Shown piece by piece: positions 28,814 to 37,827 of a stretch of 64,000 nucleotides of DNA; within the stretch, counting starts at the first letter, position 1, and each line of letters opens with the position of its first letter. Below the pieces are notes generated by a model, which was not told the DNA's origin, searched no databases, and saw only the letters and a program-made list of their open reading frames with translations. The translations under genes and the position numbers were made by a program. Source of the stretch: an uncultured delta proteobacterium. Lineage in GTDB: Bacteria; Desulfobacterota; Binatia; UBA9968. The stretch spans positions 1,248,001-1,312,000 of the forward strand of contig CAVUZH010000003.1 of NCBI GenBank assembly GCA_963745835.1, in the 5' to 3' direction.

Positions 28814-30010
28814 CTATAGAGTGGTATGGGAAAGCAAAGCATTTTGCCCATCAATTAGGCAGTAAAGGAACGCATCGGCTTTTTTACCGGTACCGATCCT
28901 TTCTATCTCTCCGCGCTCTCTTAATATCTCCAAGGCTCTACGTGTTAGCTTTTCCGTCGTCTCTGCCTCTTTGGCGATGGTCTTCACGTCCATCGGCTCT
29001 AGGGTAAGAACGGCCTTGACCTTCTCCAGTGCTTGGGATTGTCCAAACTCTTCCGGTGTACCGAGAACCTTGTAGTCATCGCCCACTAGCTCGACTATCA
29101 ACTCCGGTGGACTCTCTTCATATCGACCAAGCGTCTTTAAGATCCGCTTGTTGGATGCTTCGCCCGGTCTGCGTTCGAGAAATATTGCCTGATCAACGAG
29201 GCCAAAGAGAGCCGATCCACCGCGGATGCTCCTACCGTCATCTCCTCCGCTTTTCCGCTCATGATGTATCAGCAACACGGCTGCATCCGTTTCTCGCGCC
29301 ATTTCTAGCAGCGGCGATACTTCCCGGATCACCTCCATGTTGTTGTTCTCGTCCATGACGTTCCAGAATCGGGAAAGCGAATCGATGACAACCAAGACAA
29401 TCTTCTTTTCGATTACAAAATTCTTGATGGTTTTGAGTGTTTTGGACTGCTCTTGAACTGTGCCGACGTGAACATAAACAGGATCATCTTCTCTCAAGCC
29501 GAAGCGCTTGAGCCGTCTCTCAACGTCTCGCACATGCTCTTCTACCGCCAGGATCAACACGGCACCGCGATCGGTTTTTCGTTCCAGAAAGTCCAAACCC
29601 TGAGCGATACAGATGATCAACCGGTAAACCAAGGTGCTCTTGCCGGTCTTCATGTAGGCGATCAGTAGGTTAAGAGTGCCTTTGGCGATGAACCCAAAGA
29701 GTAGGTAAGGAATAATTGCTGTCACTCGGCTTAATAACTCAGCCGCGGAAACAGGATTAAAATGCTTTGCTTTCCCAATATCTCCCTTAGGGACAAGCAA
29801 AGCATTTTGGCCACCTTGGCGCCGGCCGCGCTCCGCTTGTAGTATCCTCATCTCCTGCTCATTGTATGTCTCGAGGATTGGATCGCCGGCTTGTTTGGCC
29901 CAGCGGATGTCTTCGTCAATCAATCTCTGAGCCTGATCAAGCCGTGCATCGGAGTACGTAGAGAAATCAGGGTGCTCGCGCCAGCCGTTATCTTCAGCCG
30001 CGCTCGTCAT
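28814..30010 (-). CDS. AAA_25 / RepA-like replication ATPase with C-terminal winged helix
   Basis: Walker A AYMKTGKS, Walker B VVIDS, IHHERK, RGGSAL; may extend to 28734 via frameshift. Confidence 0.85.
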   Translation of the reverse strand: MTSAAEDNGWREHPDFSTYSDARLDQAQRLIDEDIRWAKQAGDPILETYNEQEMRILQAERGRRQGGQNALLVPKGDIGKAKHFNPVSAAELLSRVTAIIPYLLFGFIAKGTLNLLIAYMKTGKSTLVYRLIICIAQGLDFLERKTDRGAVLILAVEEHVRDVERRLKRFGLREDDPVYVHVGTVQEQSKTLKTIKNFVIEKKIVLVVIDSLSRFWNVMDENNNMEVIREVSPLLEMARETDAAVLLIHHERKSGGDDGRSIRGGSALFGLVDQAIFLERRPGEASNKRILKTLGRYEESPPELIVELVGDDYKVLGTPEEFGQSQALEKVKAVLTLEPMDVKTIAKEAETTEKLTRRALEILRERGEIERIGTGKKADAFLYCLIDGQNALLSHTTL

Positions 30011-30129
30011 CTTCCAAGGTCCTCGCGGATGAAGCGGAGCGCATCGAGTATCTGATGCTCTTCGGCTTCGCTCCCCGCCAGAGGATAGATTTTCAACTCA
30101 CCACCGATGATTTCAACGATGGCCCGCAT
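30007..30129 (-). CDS. 40-aa hypothetical protein coupled to the ATPase
   Basis: Own translation MRAIVEIIGGELKIYPLAGSEAEEHQILDALRFIREDLGR; ATGA overlap at 30007-30010. Confidence 0.5.
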   Translation of the reverse strand: MRAIVEIIGGELKIYPLAGSEAEEHQILDALRFIREDLGR

Positions 30130-30259
30130 TGGTATCCCGCTTGCGGTATCGAGTGGAGTGATGTATCTGTAGCCATAGTTTAATCCCTTTCGCCCGCCCG
30201 ATTTTGCAGATCGTGGCGGGCATTTTTGTGCTCGCCGTGCGGGCTATGGTTTCTTTGCT

Positions 30260-30466
30260 TTAAGCCGCTTCAACCGGCTCTCGCCGACGGTTTCTCAACT
30301 CCGCTTTACACGCCTCGACATCGGACTTTCGAAAGACCCGGCGTTTTGCAGTTGTCATGATCGATGGCAACCGGCCGCTTCTCGCCAGGTTGTCGACCGT
30401 GCCCTCGCTTACCTCTAAACTGCGTGCGACGAATGATCTCGTCATTAAAACTTCAGCGTCATTCAT
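30260..30466 (-). CDS. AlpA/MerR-like helix-turn-helix protein
   Basis: LMTRSFVARSLEVSEGTVDNLARSGRL..RRVFRKSDVE. Confidence 0.8.
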   Translation of the reverse strand: MNDAEVLMTRSFVARSLEVSEGTVDNLARSGRLPSIMTTAKRRVFRKSDVEACKAELRNRRREPVEAA

Positions 30467-30504
30467 AAGACCCCCTCGTCACTCCGTTTTCTAAAACATG
30501 CTTC

Positions 30505-30573
30505 GTTAAGCTATGCTTCATAATGTTAAGTATGATACAGTTAAGTCACACGGCAGAACAACACCTGCCGTGT
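30505..30573. promoter_or_regulatory. Divergent promoter/operator region
   Basis: GTTAAG x3 (30505, 30525, 30540) and perfect 9-bp inverted repeat acacggcag-N8-ctgccgtgt (30548-30573). Confidence 0.5.
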
Positions 30574-30592
30574 TACAATTATTTTGCGAAAA

Positions 30593-31471
30593 ATGCCTCT
30601 TAGCCGTGTGACAAAAATGAAAAACGATAAACCCCACAAGATTCTTCTCGGCCGCTATCGCCTTCAGGCGCTTGTCAAATTCCTAAGCATCGATTTTGAG
30701 ACACTAGATAATAAGAAGACGACGGGTGTTCTCTTAAAAGAACTGCTGCGCGCGGCTCGCTATAAGGTGGATTGGAAATCATTCCCAAACGGGAATGATG
30801 AACGGCACAACTGGCGCCGCGATGCAGCAAGGGTACAGCGTGAATTGAAGAAAGACTTGCGGCTCATTGCTGACGGTAGCCCCGATCGGGAGAACAGCGC
30901 CGGAATTTACCGAATTGTAAAAAAGTTAGAGGCCGCTAACCGGAGCGCTGATTATTCGATGGTTCATCGTTCATCTCGTGGCAGTAAGCGGCCAAAGCCG
31001 GTAACGACGCTTAAAGACCGGCCAGGACAACAATTACCGGTGATGAATCCATTCTCGAAAGACGCTGGAGAGATTCTGTGCGGCGGTATCGTGTATAGCC
31101 TTGATTGGGGTCCAAGGGATTCGCTTCGCGAACAGATTTACTTTCAGCTTGCCCTCGCAATCAAGGACCGGTGTCTAGAAGATCTAAAGATCTGTCAATC
31201 GTGTAAAAACTTATTCGTGCTTATGAAAGCGAATCAGCGGTTTTGCTGCGGAACATGTAGAATTGCCGATAACAATTCGCGGCGTCTCAAAAAACAAGAG
31301 ACAACTAAGAAATCGGTATTCCAGGAGAAACGAGAAGAGAACCGAAAACGCGCAATCGATAAGGCGCGCAGGCTCCTTAGACAAGGCAAGCCGATTTCAA
31401 AGATACTGGGAGAGACGGGCCTGACTCAAAGAATACTTAAAAAATACCTGCCGGAAATCGCGGACGCTTGA
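30593..31471 (+). CDS. CGNR-type zinc finger protein with a possible C-terminal HTH
   Basis: ICQSCKNLF...QRFCCGTCR; GKPISKILGETGLT. Confidence 0.65.
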   Translation: MPLSRVTKMKNDKPHKILLGRYRLQALVKFLSIDFETLDNKKTTGVLLKELLRAARYKVDWKSFPNGNDERHNWRRDAARVQRELKKDLRLIADGSPDRENSAGIYRIVKKLEAANRSADYSMVHRSSRGSKRPKPVTTLKDRPGQQLPVMNPFSKDAGEILCGGIVYSLDWGPRDSLREQIYFQLALAIKDRCLEDLKICQSCKNLFVLMKANQRFCCGTCRIADNNSRRLKKQETTKKSVFQEKREENRKRAIDKARRLLRQGKPISKILGETGLTQRILKKYLPEIADA

Positions 31472-31571
31472 AATTACGCTGTGCCCCCCCTACTGCGACC
31501 GCAAGTGCTCGGGCAATGAAGCATCGGAAACGCACAGACGCAGAACTCAGATGAGATCAAGGGTTAAATGA

Positions 31572-32493
31572 TCAGTGAACGCTTGGATCGAGTTGGTCGA
31601 TGCGCGATTTCCGTACTAAACTCTTCAGCAAGGCCTCATCCCTACAAATGACAAAACGGTGACTTTTAGCTGCTACCGCGAGGTTTATGCCGCGGACAGT
31701 CTCCTGCGAAGCGTCTTTCCAGCCAACCCGTTCACCTTCGTCGAACATAATCAAGGCGATCTGCTGGGTGAGTGTAACGAGTTTGCGAGTCCCTGGAGTG
31801 AACACATCAATGCCCTCGAGCGGAGTATCGTGATGCGCCGGGCGTATTAAAACAACGGGGCTATCGGATGTTACAAACGAAGTCTTCTTAGGTGCTCGGA
31901 TAAATGCCCAATCGATTTGATGAAAATACGCAGCAAAATCTAAGACTATGCCCATCATCATCGAAAGGCTGAAGTTCCTATGCACTTTTACGTCGTAATT
32001 GTCACGACGTACAAAATCAAACAATTCTTTGGCGGAAAGCTCGAGGGTCCGTACCGGTAGCCGCTTGAAATCGCTTTAAGAAAGCTTCAGCCTGCGCCTC
32101 TGACGCCCCAAAGCTCATTCGCGCATCTCTCTTGACCCTTTTCGAAGTCTGTTCGTTTACCTGATGCTGAAAATTCGGGACCCTCACTTTTAAAAATGAA
32201 ACGAACAGTGAGAGGGTATACCGATCGTCGGGGGTCGGCGATTTGCCAGCTGCGAGTTTTGATAATACAGGTTTAGTAGCCCCTTCAACCCGGGCGAGTA
32301 TTGCTTCAATTTCATTATTTCTAACACCATTCTCGTCACGGAACGCATAGTAATTGCTTTTTACAGCCGTATTTATAGGCGTCTGCTTCCGGTACTCTCT
32401 TAACTCCCGATCATAGACCCAGATGAAGCCGTTGCCGCAAAAAGATTGTAAGTAAAAATCAGGAAGATAGTGATGTCTCTTTGGGGAAGACAT
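31572..32493 (-). CDS. DUF4238-like protein, single frameshift near 32040
   Basis: RHHYLPDFYLQSF at the N-terminus, FVTSDSPV in the second frame. Confidence 0.8.
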
Positions 32494-32529
32494 CTAACGG
32501 TCCCGGTAGCTTAGAGATTCGAAACGTCC

Positions 32530-32592
32530 ATGGACACATTTTGGACACATCGGCGAGAAATGGGATTAGTTATGCTGGCTAATTTATTGATT
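32530..32592. promoter_or_regulatory. Arm-type repeat plus IHF consensus box (element A right end)
   Basis: atggacacattttggacacat at 32530-32550; taatttattgatt at 32580-32592. Confidence 0.75.
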
Positions 32593-32594
32593 AA

Positions 32595-32671
32595 TGGCGC
32601 GCCCGGAGGGATTTGAACCCCCAACCCCCAGATTCGTAGTCTGGTGCTCTGTCCAATTGAGCTACGGGCGC
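32595..32671 (-). tRNA. tRNA-Arg (anticodon ACG)
   Basis: Reverse complement gcgcccgtagctcaattggacagagcaccagactACGaatctgggggttgggggttcaaatccctccgggcgcgcca folds as a cloverleaf with encoded CCA. Confidence 0.97.
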
Positions 32672-32999
32672 TTGGCAAACCACACTGACCTCACGAGCAC
32701 ATCGGGATTCCTGGAACGGTGTAGAAATCGATCCTCTCAGGCTGAGATCCAACGCTTATTGCCGGAAGAGAGAAATTAGCATAGCGAATATCGCTTTTCT
32801 AGGCATGATCACGTGTCCCTAAGAGACAGCTTGGAACTGTTGTCGAAACAGATTGCCTATCTGCGTGGAGATGCATTCGACCAGCCCACGCTTGAGAGCG
32901 GTTAGTGCATTACGTTGAGTGCGGATTGGCGTAAAGCAAAAGACTTGACGTCCATTTGTCTTATCGATAAACAGAGCTGACCGGATTGGAGGATTAATC

Positions 33000-33500
33000 A
33001 TGCCAGCTACCCTCGAGTTATTTGCTTCTGAGTGCCGCCAAATTCTTAAAGCGGATCCCGGGCCGGCGGGCCGGGAACAGGTACGCGAACTCGTTCAACA
33101 GATTCTTAAAGATGAAACGTTCGTCACGACCTACATCAACGACAACACACCCGATCGTCAGGTGATTTACGAGGATCCGGAACTCGGTTTCTGCATCTGC
33201 GCCCACTTGAACCAGGGCGCTAAAGAAGCCAATCCTCACGATCACGGCAGTTCCTGGGCGATATACGGCCAGGCATTTGGGGAAACGGAGATGAGCGAGT
33301 GGGAAATTGTTGAGCCTGCCAGCGAAGCCAAGCCCGGCAGAGTGCGCCGTACGAAAGTTTACTCTCTCAAACCCGGGATGGCGCACCTTTATAACGAGAG
33401 CGAAGTGCATTCGCCGAAGCGAGTCGCCGCAACCGGGCTCATTCGCATCGAGGGGACCGATACCCAGAAGTTGAAGCGGTTATCCTATAAGGCGATTTGA
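33000..33500 (+). CDS. Cysteine dioxygenase-like cupin protein
   Basis: PHDHGSSWAIYG, EVHSP. Confidence 0.75.
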   Translation: MPATLELFASECRQILKADPGPAGREQVRELVQQILKDETFVTTYINDNTPDRQVIYEDPELGFCICAHLNQGAKEANPHDHGSSWAIYGQAFGETEMSEWEIVEPASEAKPGRVRRTKVYSLKPGMAHLYNESEVHSPKRVAATGLIRIEGTDTQKLKRLSYKAI

Positions 33501-33513
33501 TTAAGAGATTCGA

Positions 33514-36069
33514 TCAGTTTGGGACTATAGTACCCTCCCAGACAATCTCACGCGCATCTTTATCGTCACGCAAGCCAACAAATTTGGCTGCTCGAAGATG
33601 CTTGTCCGGAGTCCATTCAACAAATTCAACTTGGGCGATCAACTCCGGCTTCAGCCAAACGCAATTTTTCATCTCCTCACGTGTTAACGCCCACTGAGTG
33701 CGTCTTTTCTCAGGCAGATTGGCAAACGGGCAAGAGTTCTCCTCTAAGCCGGCAAACTTTCGAGCGATCTCCCGTCTCACACGCGGCACAAACCCATTTC
33801 TTACCTTGGCAGCGTACAACAAGCTGTCACCTTCATAGTAGCCGACAATAACCGCGTCGAACGGATTACCTGGTGTGTATCCTCCGATGACGAAAGGTTG
33901 AAGCTTGTTTATCTTGTATTTGAGCCAAGACCGACTGCGCTTTCCGGCCTGATAGAGCGAGTTTTTCTTTTTGGCAATAATGCCCTCGAGCGATAAGTCC
34001 TTTGCCGCGGCAACGATCTCGTGCGGTGAACCGTCGATGCTTTCCGACATTCTTATGGGATCGGCAATATTTTCCAACAAGATGGCCAGCAGCTCACGCC
34101 TTTTCTCGAGGGCAACGCCCATAAGATTTTTATTCCTCTGGGCTAGAAGGTCAAACACATAGAAATGGATCTGTTTGGCGGTGAAGCGAAAATTCTGCAG
34201 AAGATTGAATGACGGTCTACCGTTGCTATCGAGCGCCACTATTTCGCCATCGAGGATCATTCCCGGTTCTACGCTTTCGAGCGCTTTTGCGATGGTCGGA
34301 AAACGCGAATTCAGCAAATTCTTTTTTCGCGAGTACAGCTTTACTCCGCTTTCATCGCACAGGGCCAGGCAACGATAGCCGTCGAGCTTTATTTCATAAC
34401 TCCATAGATCAGAATCCTCCGGCAACTCCTCGACGGTCTCGGACAGCATCGGCTCGATGAACCTGATGCGTATCTCGGGCAACTCGATAGCCGAAATCCC
34501 GTCGCCGTTGTTCGTCGCGATCTTCTTTGCCGCAGTTCTGTTGCTGTGCCAGACGGCGTCCTCCGCTTTGGCAATCTGGCCAAGACTTCGGCCTGTCAAT
34601 GCCGAAGAATTGTCTCTCTTTTCAGAGATGCGCTTCATTGCAGAGCCGGCTTTAATAAGATACCACACATTGCCTTTACCGTTGCGGTCATTCCCTTTCA
34701 CAAGCACCCATTCGCCTCTGAGCTTCTTGCCGTTTAGAAGAATATGAATTTTTCCTTTCCAAAAATTTCCATCAATGAGCTCGTAAGTTCCAATATCCCA
34801 GACCATCACGGTCCCGCCGCCATATTCTCCTGTCGGAATAATCCCTTCAAAGTTGGCGTAGTCCATCGGGTGATCTTCCGTCGCCATTGCCAACCTTCGT
34901 TCGTGTAGATCATAGGGCGGCCCCTTGGGGATCGCCCATGATTTCAAAGTGCCGCTCATTTCCAAGCGGAAATCATAATGGAGGTGACTGGCGGCATGTT
35001 TTTGTATGACAAACAGACGGCGTCCTCCTTGGCGCCTAGTGGTAGGAACAGAAGGCGCCGGTTCCCGGGTCTTAGTGAAGTCTCGTTTGCGACGATAGGG
35101 TTCAAGGGCCGCCAGGCCGGCGTCACTCGGATCACTCGAAACTTGGGGATTGAGCTGCAAGAATGGTTTTGGCAAGATTTGCTTCAAGCGCAACGACGGC
35201 GCAAACAAATCGCCAATCTTTTCCAATCTCTTCAGGGCCGCCTCTGGTTCAAAGAATAATTTAGAAGCGTCATTTGTAGCCAGCGCCGTTTCCAATTCGC
35301 GCCAACTTACCGGCATAGCGACGAACGGCCTCTCCGCCTTGGCTCTCAAAGAATACACCGCGACGGTCGACTTATGCTCTGAGTTTTGGCTCCAATCGAT
35401 GAAAACTTTTCCCTTGCGCTTGTGCTTAGCCATCTCCGACACGATCGATTTAGGGTGCTCACTGGCAAGATACTGGGCGACGCTTTGGGCAAACGCCTGC
35501 GTCATCTCGTAAGTAACATTTGTATTCAGAGGAACGTGGACGTGAATACCTTTAGACCCGGAAACCTTGAGCAAAGATTCGAGTGCCAACCGGTCGAGCA
35601 GGTCTCTCAATATAAATGCCACCTCGCAGGATTGGACGAGGCTTGCTCCCTCTCCAGGATCAAGATCGAAAACTACCATCGTCGGAACGCTAATTTCGGG
35701 TGCTTTAGCAAGAAAGGGGTGGATCTCGAGGTTGGCCAAGTTTGCCGACCATACCAGCGCCGGGAGGTCGTTGATCAGGATGTAATTGATCATCGACTCG
35801 CTGGAGCTGCGCTGTACTCGGTAAGTCTTTATCCAAGGGGGCGTAAAAGATGGGGCGTTTTTTTCGTAGAAATGCTTGCCTCGAACGCCATTCGGATATC
35901 GCTTAAGCGTAATCGGTCGATTTTCGATGTGAGGCAGTATGTAGGGTGCGACCCGGCTATAGAAATCGATGACCTGACCCTTAGTAAAGCCGGTTTCGGG
36001 ATAAAGTACTTTGTCAACGTTCGAAAGAGCGAGTTTTTTGTTGCCGATTTTGACGGACAGCGAAGCCAC
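33514..36069 (-). CDS. ligD: NHEJ DNA ligase D (polymerase-phosphoesterase-ligase order)
   Basis: SNVDKVLYP, FDLDPG (POL); QKHAASHLHYDFRLE (PE); EIKLDGYR, LEGIIAK (LIG). Confidence 0.95.
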   Translation of the reverse strand: MASLSVKIGNKKLALSNVDKVLYPETGFTKGQVIDFYSRVAPYILPHIENRPITLKRYPNGVRGKHFYEKNAPSFTPPWIKTYRVQRSSSESMINYILINDLPALVWSANLANLEIHPFLAKAPEISVPTMVVFDLDPGEGASLVQSCEVAFILRDLLDRLALESLLKVSGSKGIHVHVPLNTNVTYEMTQAFAQSVAQYLASEHPKSIVSEMAKHKRKGKVFIDWSQNSEHKSTVAVYSLRAKAERPFVAMPVSWRELETALATNDASKLFFEPEAALKRLEKIGDLFAPSLRLKQILPKPFLQLNPQVSSDPSDAGLAALEPYRRKRDFTKTREPAPSVPTTRRQGGRRLFVIQKHAASHLHYDFRLEMSGTLKSWAIPKGPPYDLHERRLAMATEDHPMDYANFEGIIPTGEYGGGTVMVWDIGTYELIDGNFWKGKIHILLNGKKLRGEWVLVKGNDRNGKGNVWYLIKAGSAMKRISEKRDNSSALTGRSLGQIAKAEDAVWHSNRTAAKKIATNNGDGISAIELPEIRIRFIEPMLSETVEELPEDSDLWSYEIKLDGYRCLALCDESGVKLYSRKKNLLNSRFPTIAKALESVEPGMILDGEIVALDSNGRPSFNLLQNFRFTAKQIHFYVFDLLAQRNKNLMGVALEKRRELLAILLENIADPIRMSESIDGSPHEIVAAAKDLSLEGIIAKKKNSLYQAGKRSRSWLKYKINKLQPFVIGGYTPGNPFDAVIVGYYEGDSLLYAAKVRNGFVPRVRREIARKFAGLEENSCPFANLPEKRRTQWALTREEMKNCVWLKPELIAQVEFVEWTPDKHLRAAKFVGLRDDKDAREIVWEGTIVPN

Positions 36070-36141
36070 CAGGAAATTCTACCGCGCCATTGGGCAGATG
36101 CAATTGTAATCTCTTGCAAAACTCTGTTGGCACGCACTGAA

Positions 36142-36171
36142 GGGCCCGCCCTTATTGAGGGCGAGCCTTTT
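36142..36171. terminator. Terminator-like hairpin
   Basis: ggcccgccctt-att-gagggcgagcc-tttt, just past the 36186 stop. Confidence 0.45.
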
Positions 36172-36185
36172 ACCGATCGCGCGCC

Positions 36186-36947
36186 CTATGAATGATTTCG
36201 AATCGCCAATATCAGCTGCTCCCGATTCAACGCGGAAGGTTGGATATTTAACTCACGGGCTTTGGCATTGAGCTGTTGGTCGGTAAGTTTATCGAGGTCA
36301 TCAGCAGCTGTCTCATCGCCAGGCTCTTTCCTAGTTTCGCGCCCCGTAGTCCAGGAAGGCGGATCGCTGGCCGGAAATGAGTCGGCCAATGCATCGTCGA
36401 TCTCCGGCTCCGAACTTGTCTCCCGGTTCGCGCTACCGCCGCGAGTTTCTTCTACAGCCGATTCCTGTGCCGCCCTGGAGGGAGTAAATGGTTTGTTCTC
36501 CTCGTCTCGTTTAGACGCTCTTCCCATCGTCGCCGGCCCCAAAGCTGCGACCAGCCTATTCCACAAATCATACGGTATCTCCGCCTTCGGCGCATAGTAA
36601 TTCATCTCTGTAGCCTTGATGTCGGCGGTTGCGGCAAATGGCACCGAGGCCGGAATCCGCATGTCTAGGTAAACTGCGCCTTGCTTTAATTTTGTCCCTG
36701 CCGGGACGATCGGAATTTGCGACAACTCGTCGCGCGTAAACTCATCCAAACGTCCGACAAGAACTCCGATATCGGCGGCAGTGCGCGCGCCGGCATCGTT
36801 GCGTTTTGAAGAAGCTCCAATATTCTGTCCTTCCATTCGCTCAGGATTCAAATCGTCCCTCCACTCAGGTGGATGCTTTTCCTGTTCTTGCGGTTTAGGT
36901 GATCCCGCTTTCTGTTTCGTTTTTTTCTCGCTCTTGTTTGTTGCCAT
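36186..36947 (-). CDS. Hypothetical protein with DSFPASDPPSW motif and Rho-N-like C-terminus
   Basis: IDDALADSFPASDPPSWT; LNAKARELNI..SALNREQLI. Confidence 0.7.
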   Translation of the reverse strand: MATNKSEKKTKQKAGSPKPQEQEKHPPEWRDDLNPERMEGQNIGASSKRNDAGARTAADIGVLVGRLDEFTRDELSQIPIVPAGTKLKQGAVYLDMRIPASVPFAATADIKATEMNYYAPKAEIPYDLWNRLVAALGPATMGRASKRDEENKPFTPSRAAQESAVEETRGGSANRETSSEPEIDDALADSFPASDPPSWTTGRETRKEPGDETAADDLDKLTDQQLNAKARELNIQPSALNREQLILAIRNHS

Positions 36948-37430
36948 GAATGCTCCTGCGAAGTTAATTTTGTTTGTGCTAAGCACCTCTAGGCGCAGAT
37001 TTAGTCGCTAAAGACGCATTGCTAAAATGACATTCAACCGTGAGACCATGCGCGCTAGGCGGCCCTAGAGTTTAGGCTAATCACGAACTCACAAATTTTT
37101 TATCCAATTCTGCTCATGCGCCTCTGCATCTTTGCGCAGGTTGTTTTTGCAATAAATAACTACATAAGAATTATTCTCGTCGTGCTGCATAACGGACGTA
37201 CCTCCCATAGCCGCTCTAAGTCGCAACGGATGTGCCACCCCGCGATCGTAACAAACGGCGCATGCACGAGATCCGTGTTTCATTTCTGCGAAACAGATCC
37301 GATCCTGTGATCCATTTTCAAAACTGCCTATAACCTGGCCCGAGTCAGGATACGAACGATAGACTCTACGCCTATTTACTGATAGTTAGCAGTCAGCGGA
37401 TCTTTTTTGCTGCGGAACGGAGGGACTGAG

Positions 37431-37790
37431 ATGATTTTATCAAGAAACGCGGACGTGAAATCACTCGTCGTCAAATCGATCGAGGGCAAGCAGATGAACG
37501 GTGATTTGCTAGTTAAGCCGCTTATCAGAGGCGATGAAATGACACTCCTGGAAATTCACTATACACCTGGTGTCGGAGCGCCTCTACATGTTCACCAACA
37601 CGAATCCTTAGCCTACGTTGTAAAAGGCAAGGTTAAGATGACGGTTGGCAAAGAAACCTACATTCTCGGGCCAGGCGATGTTTGCCGGCATCCTCAGGGC
37701 GTACCGCACGGCGTCGAAGGGATTGACGAATCCATTGTCGTTGAAATCAAATCCCCGGCTCCTGAAATTTCTACCTTCTTGGGGATGTAA
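37431..37790 (+). CDS. Cupin domain protein
   Basis: PLHVHQHE, GVPHG. Confidence 0.85.
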   Translation: MILSRNADVKSLVVKSIEGKQMNGDLLVKPLIRGDEMTLLEIHYTPGVGAPLHVHQHESLAYVVKGKVKMTVGKETYILGPGDVCRHPQGVPHGVEGIDESIVVEIKSPAPEISTFLGM

Positions 37791-37827
37791 CCGCTCGCAC
37801 ACAACAGCACGTGGCAGGAGAACAGGT

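Larger units (their letters stand above)
17134..32594. mobile_element. Element A: ~15.5 kb phage-satellite (PICI-like) integrative element
   Basis: Exact att duplication, matching arm repeats, integrase, HTHs, AAA_25 ATPase, terS; no capsid, portal, TerL or tail recognised. Confidence 0.85.

Noticed and set aside
662-32671. Repeated 45-bp sequence as a CRISPR or REP array
   Set aside because: Copies are kilobases apart and are tRNA 3' halves; no cas genes or short regular spacers
32594-32779. 61-aa ORF MARPEGFEPPTPRFVVWCS
   Set aside because: Antisense translation of the tRNA-Arg gene
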